From Eledone cirrhosa (taxonomy: Eukaryota): DNA of 64,000 bases. Below, piece by piece: positions 1-12,000 of this stretch. The translations under genes and the position numbers were made by a program. Below the pieces are notes generated by a model that was not told the origin of the DNA, searched no databases, and saw only the letters and a program-made list of their open reading frames with translations. The stretch's first letter is position 1; each line of letters starts with the position of its first letter. The stretch covers positions 363,630,001 to 363,694,000 of the forward strand of contig OZ024742.1 in NCBI GenBank assembly GCA_964016885.1, read 5' to 3'.

Positions 1-3000
1 GTGTGTGTATGTGGTTGAGAGCCGTAGTGTGTGGTGTGGGGGGAGTGTGTGTATGTGGTTGAGAGCCGTAGTGTGTGTGTGGGAGGGAGTGTGTGTATGT
101 GGTTGAGAGCCTTAGTGTGTGGTGTGGGAGGGAGTGTGTGTATGTGGTTGAGAGCCGTAGTGTGTGGTGTGGGAGGGAGTGTGTGTATGTGGTTGAGAGC
201 CTTAGTGTGTGGTGTGGGAGGGAGTGTGTGTATGTGGTTGAGAGCCGTAGTGTGTGGTGTGGGAGGGAGTGTGTGTATGTGGTTGAGAGCCTTAGTGTGT
301 GGTGTGGGGGGAGTGTGTGTATGTGGTTGAGAGCCGTAGTGTGTGGTGTGGGAGGGAGTGTGTGTATGTGGTTGAGAGCCTTAGTGTGTGGTGTGGGAGG
401 GAGTGTGTGTATGTGGTTGAGAGCCGTAGTGTGTGGTGTGGGAGGGAGTGTGTGTATGTGGTTGAGAGCCGTAGTGTGGTGTGTGGGAGGGAGAGTGTGT
501 ATGTGGTTGAGAGCCTTAGTGTGTGGTGTGGGAGGGAGTGTGTGTATGTGGTTGAGAGCCGTAGTGTGTGGTGTGGGAGGGAGTGTGTGTATGTGGTTGA
601 GAGCCGTAGTGTGGTGTGTGGGAGGGAGAGTGTGTATGTGGTTGAGAGCCTTAGTGTGTGGTGTGGGAGGGAGTGTATGTATGTGGTTGAGAGCCGTAGT
701 GTGTGGTGTGGGAGGGAGTGTGTGTATGTGGTTGAGAGCCGTAGTGTGTGGTGTGGGGGGAGTGTGTGTATGTGGTTGAGAGCCTTAGTGTGTGGTGTGG
801 GAGAGAGTGTGTGTATGTGGTTGAGAGCCTTAGTGTGTGGTGTGGGAGGGAGTGTGTGTATGTGGTTGAGAGCCGTAGTGTGTGGTGTGGGAGGGAGTGT
901 GTGTATGTGGTTGAGAGCCGTAGTGTGTGGTGTGGGAGGGAGTGTGTGTATGTGGTTGAGAGCCGTAGTGTGTGGTGTGGGGGGAGTGTGTGTATGTGGT
1001 TGAGAGCCTTAGTGTGTCGTGTGGGAGGGAGTGTGTGTATGTGGTTGAGAGCCTTAGTGTGTGGTGTGGGAGGGAGTGTGTGTATGTGGTTGAGAGCCGT
1101 AGTGTGTGGTGTGGGGGGAGTGTGTGTATGTGGTTGAGAGCCTTATTGTGTGGTGTGGGAGGGAGTGTGTGTATGTGGTTGAGAGCCGTAGTGTGAAGTG
1201 TGTGTTGGGGGGGGGGTGTATGTGGTTGAGAGCCTTAGTGTGTGGTGTGGGAGGGAGTGTGTGTATGTGGTTGAGAGCCGTAGTGTGTGTATGTGGTTGA
1301 GAGCCTTAGTGTGTGGTGTGGGAGGGAGTGTGTGTATGTGGTTGAGAGCCGTAGTGTGTGTATGTGGTTGAGAGCCTTAGTGTGTGGTGTGGGAGGGAGT
1401 GTGTGTATGTGGTTGAGAGCCGTAGTGTGAAGTGTGTGTTGGGGGGGGGTGTATGTGGTTGAGAGCCTTAGTGTGTGGTGTGGGAGGGAGTGTGTGTATG
1501 TGGTTGAGAGCCGTAGTGTGTGGTGTGGGAGGGAGTGTGTGTATGTGGTTGAGAGCCTTAGTGTGTGGTGTGGGAGGGAGTGTGTGTATGTGGTTGAGAG
1601 CCGTAGTGTGTGGTGTGGGGGGAGTGTGTGTATGTGGTTGAGAGCCTTATTGTGTGGTGTGGGAGGGAGTGTGTGTATGTGGTTGAGAGCCGTAGTGTGT
1701 GGTGTGGGAGGGAGTGTGTGTATGTGGTTGAGAGCCTTAGTGTGTGGTGTGGGAGGGAGTGTGTGTATGTGGTTGAGAGCCGTAGTGTGTGTATGTGGTT
1801 GAGAGCCTTAGTGTGTGGTGTGGGAGGGAGTGTGTGTATGTGGTTGAGAGCCGTAGTGTGAAGTGTGTGTGTGGGGGGGGGGGGTGTATGTGGTTGAGAG
1901 CCTTAGTGTGTGGTGTGGGAGGGAGTGTGTGTATGTGGTTGAGAGCCGTAGTGTGTGGTGTGGGAGGGAGTGTGTGTATGTGGTTGAGAGCCTTAGTGTG
2001 TGGTGTGGGAGGGAGTGTGTGTATGTGGTTGAGAGCCGTAGTGTGTGGTGTGGGAGGGAGTGTGTGTATGTGGTTGAGAGCCTTAGTGTGTGGTGTGGGA
2101 GGGAGTGTGTGTATGTGGTTGAGAGCCGTAGTGTGTGGTGTGGGGGGAGTGTGTGTATGTGGTTGAGAGCCTTATTGTGTGGTGTGGGAGGGAGTGTGTG
2201 TATGTGGTTGAGAGCCGTAGTGTGTGGTGTGGGAGGGAGTGTGTGTATGTGGTTGAGAGCCTTAGTGTGTGGTGTGGGAGGGAGTGTGTGTATGTGGTTG
2301 AGAGCCGTAGTGTGAAGTGTGTGTGGGGGGGGGGGTGTATGTGGTTGAGAGCCTTAGTGTGTGGTGTGGGAGGGAGTGTGTGTATGTGGTTGAGAGCCGT
2401 AGTGTGTGGTGTGGGAGGGAGTGTGTGTATGTGGTTGAGAGCCTTAGTGTGTGGTGTGGGAGGGAGTGTGTGTATGTGGTTGAGAGCCGTAGTGTGTGGT
2501 GTGGGGGGAGTGTGTGTATGTGGTTGAGAGCCTTATTGTGTGGTGTGGGAGGGAGTGTGTGTATGTGGTTGAGAGCCGTAGTGTGTGGTGTGGGAGGGAG
2601 TGTGTGTATGTGGTTGAGAGCCTTAGTGTGTGGTGTGGGAGGGAGTGTGTGTATGTGGTTGAGAGCCGTAGTGTGTGTATGTGGTTGAGAGCCTTAGTGT
2701 GTGGTGTGGAAGGGAGTGTGTGTATGTGGTTGAGAGCCGTAGTGTGTGGTGTGGGGGGGAGTGTGTGTATGTGGTTGAGAGCCGTAGTGTGTGGTGTGGG
2801 AGGCAGTGTGTGTATGTAGTTGAGAGGCGTAGTGTGTGGTGTGGGAGGGAGTGTGTGTATGTGGTTGAGAGGCGTAGTGTGTGGTGTGGGAGGGAGTGTG
2901 TGTATGTGGTTGAGAGGCGTAGTGTGTGGTGTGGGAGAGAGTGTGTGTATGTGGTTGAGAGCCTTAGTGTGTGGTGTGGGAGGGAGTGTGTGGTGTGGGA

Positions 3001-6000
3001 GGGAGTGTGTGTATGTGGTTGAGAGCCGTAGTGTGTGGTGTGGGGGGGAGTGTGTGTATGTGGTTGAGAGGCTTAGTGTGTGGTGTGGGAGGCAGTGTGT
3101 GTATGTGGTTGAGAGCCGTAGTGTGTGGTGTGGGAGGGAGTGTGTGTATGTGGTTGAGAGCCGTAGTGTGTGGTGTGGGAGGCAGTGTGTCTATGTGGTT
3201 GAGAGCCGTAGTGTGTGGTGTGGGAGAGAGTGTGTGTATGTTGCTGAGAGCCTTAGTGTGTAGTGTGGGAGGGAGTGTGTGTATGTGGTTGAGAGCCGCG
3301 GTGTGTGGTGTGGGAGTGAGTGTGTGTATGTGGTTGAGAGCCGTAGTGTGTGGTGTGGGAGGGACTGTGTGTATGTGGTTGAGAACCTTAGTGTGTGGTG
3401 TGGTAGAGAGTGTGTGTATTTGGTTGAGAGACGTAGTGTGGTGTGTGGGAGGGAGTGTGTGTATGTGGTTGAGAGCCTTAGTGTGTGGAGTGGGGGGGAG
3501 TGTGTGTATGTGGTTGAGAGCCTTAGTGTGTGGTGTGGGAGGGACTGTGTGTATGTGGTTGAGCGCCGTAGTGTGTCGTGTGTGGGGGGGGGGGGGGTAT
3601 GTTGCTGAGAGCCTTAGTGTGTAGTGTGGGAGGGAGTGTGTGTATGTGGTTGAGAGCCGCGGTGTGTGGTGTGGGAGTGAGTGTGTGTATGTGGTTGAGA
3701 GCCGTAGTGTGTGGTGTGGGAGGGAGTGTGTGTATGTGGTTGAGAACCTTAGTGTGTGGTGTGGTAGAGAGTGTGTGTATTTGGTTGAGAGACGTAGTGT
3801 GGTGTGTGGGAGGGAGTGTGTGTATGTGGTTGAGAGCCTTAGTGTGTGGAGTGGGGGGGAGTGTGTGTATGTGGTTGAGAGCCTTAGTGTGTGGTGTGGG
3901 AGGGAGTGTGTGTATGTGGTTGAGAGCCTTAGTGTGTGGTGTGGGAGGCACTGTGTGTATGTGGTTGAGAGCCGTAGTGTGTGGTGTGGGAGGCAGTGTG
4001 TGTATGTGGTTGAGAGCCTTAGTGTGTGGTGTGGGAGGGAGTGTGTGTATGTGGTTGAGAGCCGTAGTGTGTGTATGTGGGAGGGAGTGTGTGTATGTGG
4101 TTGAGAACCTTAGTGTGTAGTGTGGGAGGGAGTGTGTGTATGTGGTTGAGAGCCTTAGAGTGTGGTGTGGGAGGGAGTGTGTGTATGTGGTTGAGAGCCG
4201 TAGTGTGTGGTGTGGGGGGAGTGTGTGTATGTGGTTGAGAGCCTTAGTGTGTGGTGTGGGAGGGAGTGTGTGTATGTGGTTGAGAGCCTTAGTGTGTGGT
4301 GTGGGAGGGAGTGTGTGTATGTGGTTGAGAGCCTTAGAGTGTGGTGTGGGAGGGAGTGTGTGTATGTGGTTGAGAGCCGTAGTGTGTGGTGTGGGAGGGA
4401 GTGTGTGTATGTGGTTGAGAGCCTTAGTGTGTGGTGTGGGGGGAGTGTGTGAATGTGGTTGAGAGCCGTAGTGTGTGGTGTGGGGGGAGTGTGTGTATGT
4501 GGTTGAGAGCCTTAGTGTGTGGTGTGGGAGGGAGTGTGTGTATGTGGTTGAGAGCCGTAGTGTGTGGTGTGGGGGGAGTGTGTGTATGTGGTTGAGAGCC
4601 TTAGAGTGTGGTGTGGGAGGGAGTGTGTGTATGTGGTTGAGAGCCTTAGTGTGTGGTGTGGGGGGAGTGTGTGAATGTGGTTGAGAGCCTTAGAGTGTGG
4701 TGTGGGAGGGAGTGTGTGTATGTGGTTGAGAGCCGTAGTGTGTGGTGTGGGGGGAGTGTGTGTATGTGGTTGAGAGCCGTAGTGTGTGGTGTGGGGGGAG
4801 TGTGTGTATGTGGTTGAGAGCCGTAGTGTGTGGTGTGGGAGGGAGTGTGTGTATGTGGTTGAGAGGCGTAGTGTGTGGTGTGGGAGGGAGTGTGTGTATG
4901 TGGTTGAGAGCCGTAGTGTGTGTGTGGGGGGAGTGTGTGTATGTGGTTGAGAGCCTTAGAGTGTGGTGTGGGAGGGAGTGTGTGTATGTGGTTGAGAGGC
5001 GTAGTGTGTGGTGTGGGAGGGTGTGTGTGAATGTGGTTGAGAGCCGTAGTGTGTGGTGTGGGAGGGAGTGTGTGAATGTGGTTGAGAGGCGTAGTGTGTG
5101 GTGTGGGAGGGTGTGTGTGAATGTGGTTGAGAGCCGTAGTGTGTGGTGTGGGAGGGAGTGTGTGTATGTGGTTGAGAGCCGTAGTGTGTCGTGTGGAGGG
5201 AGTGTGTGTATGTGGTTGAGAGCCGTAGTGTGTGGTGTGGGAGGGAGTGTGTGTATGTGGTTGACAGCCGTAGTGTGTCGTGTGGGAGGGAGTGTGTGTA
5301 TGTGGTTGAGAGCCGTAGTGTGTGGTGTGGGAGGGAGTGTGTGTATGTGGTTGAGAGCCTTATTGTGTGGTGTGGGAGGGAGTGTGTGTATGTGGTTGAG
5401 AGCCGTAGTGTGTCGTGTGGGAGGGAGTGTGTGTATGTGGTTGAGAGCCTTATTGTGTGGTGTGGGAGGGAGTGTGTGTATGTGGTTGAGAGCCATAGTG
5501 TGTGGTGTGGGAGGGAGTGTGTGTATGTGGTTGAGAGCCGTAGTGTGTGGTGTGGGGGGAGTGTGTGTATGTGGTTGAGAGCCTTAGTGTGTGGTGTGGG
5601 AGGGAGTGTGTGTATGTGGTTGAGAGCCTTAGTGTGTGTTGTGGGAGGGAGTGTGTGTATGTGGTTGAGAGCCGTAGTGTGTGGTGTGGGAGGGAGTGTG
5701 TGTATGTGGTTGAGAGCCATAGTGTGTGGTGTGGGAGGGAGTGAGTGTATGTGGTTGAGAGCCTTAGTGTGTGGTGTGGGAGGGAGTGTGTGTATGTGGT
5801 TGAGAGCCGTAGTGTGTGGTGTGGGGGGAGTGTGTGTATGTGGTTGAGAGCCGTAGTGTGTGGTGTGAGAGGGAGTGTGTGTATGTGGTTGAGAGCCTTA
5901 GTGTGTGGTGTGGTGGGAGTGTGTGTATGTGGTTGAGAGCCTTAGTGTGTGGTGTGGGAGGGAGTGTGTGTATGTGGTTGAGAGCCGTAGTGTGTGGTGT

Positions 6001-9000
6001 GGGAGGGAGTGTGTGTATGTGGTTGAGAGCCGTAGTGTGTGGTGTGAGAGGGAGTGTGTGTATGTGGTTGAGAGCCGTAGTGTGTGGTGTGGTGGGAGTG
6101 TGTGTATGTGGTTGAGAGACTTAGTGTGTGGTGTGGGGGGGGGAGTGTGTGTATGTGGTTGAGAGCCGTAGTGTGTGGTGTGGGGGGCGTGTGTGTATGT
6201 GGTTGAGAGACTTAGTGTGTGGTGTGGGGGGGGAGTGTGTGTATGTGGTTGAGAGCCTTAGTGTGTGGTGTGGGAGGGAGTGTGTGTATGTGGTTGAGAG
6301 CCTTAGTGTGTGGTGTGGGAGGGAGTGTGTGTATGTGGTTGAGAGCCTTAGTGTGTGGTGTGGTGGGAGTGTGTGTATGTGGTTGAGAGCCTTAGTGTGT
6401 GGTGTGGGAGGGAGTGTGTGTATGTGGTTGAGAGCCGTAGTGTGTGGTGTGAGAGGGAGTGTGTGTATGTGGTTGAGAGCCGTAGTGTGTGGTGTGAGAG
6501 GGAGTGTGTGTATGTGGTTGAGAGACTTAGTGTGTGGTGTGGGGGGGGGAGTGTGTGTATGTGGTTGAGAGCCGTAGTGTGTGGTGTGGGGGGCGTGTGT
6601 GTATGTGGTTGAGAGACTTAGTGTGTGGTGTGGGGGGGGAGTGTGTGTATGTGGTTGAGAGCCTTAGTGTGTGGTGTGGGGGGAGTGTGTGTATGTGGTT
6701 GAGAGCCGTAGTGTGTGGTGTGGGAGGGAGTGTGTGTATGTGGTTGAGAGCCTTAGTGTGTGGTGTGGGAGGGAGTGTGTGTATGTAGTTGAGAGCCGTA
6801 GTGTGTGGTGTGAGAGGGAGTGTGTGTATGTGGTTGAGAGCCGTAGTGTGTGGTGTGAGAGGGAGTGTGTGTATGTGGTTGAGAGCCGTAGTGTGTGGTG
6901 TGAGAGGGAGTGTGTGTATGTGGTTGAGAGCCGTAGTGTGTGGTGTGGGAGGGAGTGTGTGTATGTGGTTGAGAGCCGTAGTGTGTGGTGTGGGAGGGAG
7001 TGTGTGTATGTGGTTGAGAGCCGTAGTGTGTGGTGTGGGAGGGAGTGTGTGTATGTGGTTGAGAGCCGTAGTGTGTGGTGTGGGAGGGAGTGTGTGTATG
7101 TGGTTGAGAGCCGTAGTGTGTGGTGTGGGAGGGAGTGTGTGTATGTGGTTGAGAGCCGTAGTGTGGTGTGTGGGAGGGAGTGTGTGTATGTGGTTGAGAG
7201 CCGTAGTGTGTGGTGTGAGAGGGAGTGTGTGTATGTGGTTGAGAGCCGTAGTGTGTGGTGTGGGAGGGAGTGTGTGTATGTGGTTGAGAGCCGTAGTGTG
7301 TGGTGTGGGAGGGAGTGTGTGTATGTGGTTGAGAGCCGTAGTGTGTGGTGTGGGAGGGAGTGTGTGTATGTGGTTGAGAGCCGTAGTGTGTGGTGTGGGA
7401 GGGAGTGTGTGTATGTGGTTGAGAGCCGTAGTGTGTGGTGTGGGAGGGAGTGTGTGTATGTGGTTGAGAGCCGTAGTGTGGTGTGTGGGAGGGAGTGTGT
7501 GTATGTGGTTTAGAGCCTTAGTGTGAAGTGTGTGGGGGGGGGGAGTGTGTGTATGTGGTTGAGAGCCGTAGTGTGTGGCGTGGGAGGGAGTGTGTGTATG
7601 TGGTTGAGAGCCTTAGTGTGTGGTGTGGGAGGGAGTGTGTGTATGTGGTTGAGAGCCTTAGTGTGTGTATGTGGGAGGGAGTGTGTGTATGTGGTTGAGA
7701 GCCTTAGTGTGTGGTGTGGGAGGGAGTGTGTGTATGTGGTTGAGAGACGTAGTGTGTGGTGTGGGAGGGAGTGTGTGTATGTGGTTGAGAGCCGTAGTGT
7801 GTGGTGTGGGAGGGAGTGTGTGTATGTGGTTGAGAGCCGTAGTGTGTGGTGTGGGAGGGAGTGTGTGTATGTGGTTGAGAGCCGTAGTGTGTGGTGTGGG
7901 GGGAGTGTGTGTATATGGTTGAGAGCCTTAGTGTGTGGTGTGGGAGGGAGTGAGTGTATGTGGTTGAGAGCCGTAGTGTGTGGTGTGGGGGGAGTGTGTG
8001 TATATGGTTGAGAGCCTTAGTGTGTGGTGTGGGAGGGAGTGAGTGTATATGGTTGAGAGCCGTAGTGTGTGTATGTGGGGGGAGTGTGTGTATTTGGTTG
8101 AGAGCCTTAGTGTGTGGTGTGGGAGGGAGTGAGTGTATGTGGTTGAGAGCCGTAGTGTGTGGTGTGGGGGGAGTGTGTGTATGTGGTTGAGAGCCTTAGT
8201 GTGTGGTGTGGGAGGAAGTGTGTGTATGTGGTTGAGAGCCGTAGTCTGTGGTGTGGGAGGGAGTGTGTGTATGTGGTTGAGAGCCGTAGTGTGTGGTGTG
8301 GGAGGGAGTGTGTGTATGTGGTTGGAAGCCGTAGTGTGTGGTGTGGGAGGGAGTGTGTGTATGTGGTTGAGAGCCGTAGTGTGTGGTGTGGGAGAGTGTG
8401 TGTGTATGTGGTTGAGAGCCGTAGTGTAGTGTGTGGGAGGGAGTGTGTGTATGTGGTTGAGAGCCTTAGTGTGAAGTGTGGGGGGGGGGAGTGTGTGTAT
8501 GTGGTTGAGAGCCTTAGTGTGTGGTGTGGGAGGGAGTGTATGTATGTGGTTGAGCGCCGTAGTGTGGTGTGTGGGAGGGAGTGTGTGTATGTGGTTGAGA
8601 GCCGTAGTGTGTGGTGTGGGAGGGAGTGTATGTATGTGGTTGAGAGCCTTAGTGTGAAGTGTGGGGGGGGGGGAGTGTGTGTATGTGGTTGAGAGCCGTA
8701 GTGTGTGGTGTGGGAGGGAGTGTGTGTATGTGGTTGAGAGCCGTAGTGTGGTGTGTGGGAGGGAGTGTGTGTATGTGGTTGAGAGCCTTAGTGTGTGGTG
8801 TGGGAGGGAGTGTATGTATGTGGTTGAGAGCCGTAGTGTGGTGTGTGGGAGGGAGTGTGTGTATGTGGTTGAGAGCCGTAGTGTGTGGTGTGGGAGGGAG
8901 TGTATGTATGTGGTTGAGAGCCTTAGTGTTAAGTGTGGGGGGGGGGGAGTGTGTGTATGTGGTTGAGAGCCGTAGTGTGTGGTGTGGGAGGGAGTGTGTG

Positions 9001-12000
9001 TATGTGGTTGAGAGCCGTAGTGTGGTGTGTGGGAGGGAGTGTGTGTATGTGGTTGAGAGCCGTAGTGTGTGGTGTGGGAGGGAGTGTGTGTATGTGGTTG
9101 AGAGCCTTAGTGTGAAGTGTGGGGGGGGGGGGGGAGTGTGTGTATGTGGTTGAGAGCCGTAGTGTGTGGTGTGGGAGGGAGTGTGTGTATGTGGTTGAGA
9201 GCCGTAGTGTGGTGTGTGGGAGGGAGTGTGTGTATGTGGTTGAGAGCCGTAGTGTGTGGTGTGGGAGGGAGTGTATGTATGTGGTTGAGAGCCGTAGTGT
9301 GTGGTGTGGGAGGGAGTGTGTGTATGTGGTTGAGAGCCGTAGTGTGGTGTGTGGGAGGGAGTGTGTGTATGTTGTTGAGAGCCGTAGTGTGGTGTGTGGG
9401 AGGGAGTGTGTGTATGTGGTTGAGAGCCGTAGTGTGTGGTGTGGGAGGGAGTGTGTGTATGTGGTTGAGAGCCTTAGTGTGTGGTGTGGGAGGGAGTGTG
9501 TGTATGTGGTTGAGAGCCGTAGTGTGGTGTGTGGGAGGGAGTGTGTGTATGTGGTTGAGAGCCGTAGTGTGTGGTGTGGGAGGGAGTGTGTGTATGTGGT
9601 TGGGAGCCTTAGTGTGTGGTGTGGGAGGGAGTGTGTGTATGTGGTTGAGAGCCGTAGTGTGGTGTGTGGGAGGGAGTGTGTGTATGTGGTTGAGAGCCGT
9701 AGTGTGGTGTGTGGGAGGGAGTGTGTGTATGTGGTTGAGAGCCGTAGTGTGTGGTGTGGGAGGGAGTGTGTGTATGTGGTTGAGAGCCTTAGTGTGTGGT
9801 GTGGGAGGGAGTGTGTGTATGTGGTTGAGAGCCGTAGTGTGTGGTGTGGGAGGAGTGTGTGTATGTGGTTGAGAGCCTTAGTGTGTGGTGTGGGGGGAGT
9901 GTGTGTATGTGGTTGAGAGCCGTAGTGTGTGGTGTGGGAGGGAGTGTGTGTATGTGGTTGAGAGCCTTAGTGTGTGGTGTGGGAGGGAGTGTGTGTATGT
10001 GGTTGAGAGCCGTAGTGTGGTGTGTGGGAGGGAGTGTGTGTATGTGGTTGAGAGCCGTAGTGTGGTGTGTGGGAGGGAGTGTGTGTATGTGGATGTGGTT
10101 GAGAGCCGTAGTGTGTGGTGTGGGAGGGAGTGTGTGTATGTGGTTGAGAGCCTTAGTGTGTGGTGTGGGAGGGAGTGTGTGTATGTGGTTGAGAGCCGTA
10201 GTGTGGTGTGTGGGAGGGAGTGTGTGTATGTGGTTGAGAGCCGTAGTGTGGTGTGTGGGAGGGAGTGTGTGTATGTGGTTGAGAGCCGTAGTGTGTGGTG
10301 TGGGAGGGAGTGTGTGTATGTGGTTGAGAGCCTTAGTGTGTGGTGTGGGAGGGAGTGTGTGTATGTGGTTGAGAGCCGTAGTGTGGTGTGTGGGAGGGAG
10401 TGTGTGTATGTGGTTGAGAGCCGTAGTGTGTGGTGTGGGAGGGAGTGTGTGTATGTGGTTGAGAGCCGTAGTGTGTGGTGTGGGAGGGAGTGTGTGTATG
10501 TGGTTGAGAGCCGTAGTGTGTGGTGTGGGAGGAGTGTGTGTATGTGGTTGAGAGCCTTAGTGTGTGGTGTGGGAGGGAGTGTGTGTATGTGGTTGAGAGC
10601 CGTAGTGTGTGGTGTGGGAGGAGTGTGTGTATGTGGTTGAGAGCCTTAGTGTGTGGTGTGGGAGGGAGTGTGTGTATGTGGTTGAGAGCCGTAGTGTGTG
10701 GTGTGGGAGGGAGTGTGTGTATGTGGTTGAGAGCCGTAGTGTGTGGTGTGGGAGGGAGTGTGTGTATGTGGTTGAGAGCCGTAGTGTGGTGGTGTGGGAG
10801 GGAGTGTGTGTATGTGGTTGAGAGCCGTAGTGTGGTGTGTGGGAGGGAGTGTGTGTATGTGGTTGAGAGCCGTAGTGTGGTGTGTGGGAGGGAGTGTGTG
10901 TATGTGGTTGAGAGCCGTAGTGTGGTGTGTGGGAGGGAGTGTGTGTATGTGGTTGAGAGCCGTAGTGTGTGGTGTGGGAGGAGTGTGTGTATGTGGTTGA
11001 GAGCCTTAGTGTGTGGTGTGGGAGGGAGTGTGTGTATGTGGTTGAGAGCCGTAGTGTGGTGTGTGGGAGGGAGTGTGTGTATGTGGTTGAGAGCCGTAGT
11101 GTGGTGTGTGGGAGGGAGTGTGTGTATGTGGTTGAGAGCCGTAGTGTGTGGTGTGGGAGGGAGTGTGTGTATGTGGTTGAGAGCCGTAGTGTGTGGTGTG
11201 GGAGGGAGTGTGTGTATGTGGTTGAGAGCCTTAGTGTGTGGTGTGGGAGGGAGTGTGTGTATGTGGTTGAGAGCCGTAGTGTGTGGTGTGGGAGGAGTGT
11301 GTGTATGTGGTTGAGAGCCTTAGTGTGTGGTGTGGGGGGAGTGTGTGTATGTGGTTGAGAGCCGTAGTGTGTGGTGTGGGAGGAGTGTGTGTATGTGGTT
11401 GAGAGCCTTAGTGTGTGGTGTGGGAGAGAGTTTGTGTATGTGGTTGAGAGCCTTAGTGTGTGGTGTGGGAGAGAGTGTGTGTATGTGGTTGAGAGCCGTA
11501 GTGTGAAGTGTGTGGGGGGGGGAGTGTGTGTATGTGGTTGAGAGCCTTAGTGTGTGGTGTGGGAGGGAGTGTGTGTATGTGGTTGAGAGCCGTAGTGTGG
11601 TGTGTGGGAGGGAGTGTGTGTATGTGGTTGAGAGCCGTAGTGTGTGGTGTGGGAGGGAGTGTGTGTATGTGGTTGAGAGCCTTAGTGTGTGGTGTGGGAG
11701 GGAGTGTGTGTATGTGGTTGAGAGCCGTAGTGTGTGGTGTGGGAGGAGTGTGTGTATGTGGTTGAGAGCCTTAGTGTGTGGTGTGGGAGGGAGTGTGTGT
11801 ATGTGGTTGAGAGCGTAGTGTGTGGTGTGGGAGGGAGTGTGTGTATGTGGTTGAGAGCCGTAGTGTGTGGTGTGGGAGGGAGTGTGTGTATGTGGTTGAG
11901 AGCCGTAGTGTGTGGTGTGGAGGGAGTGTGTGTATGTGGTTGAGAGCCGTAGTGTGTGGTGTGGGAGGGAGTGTGTGTATGTGGTTGAGAGCCGTAGTGT

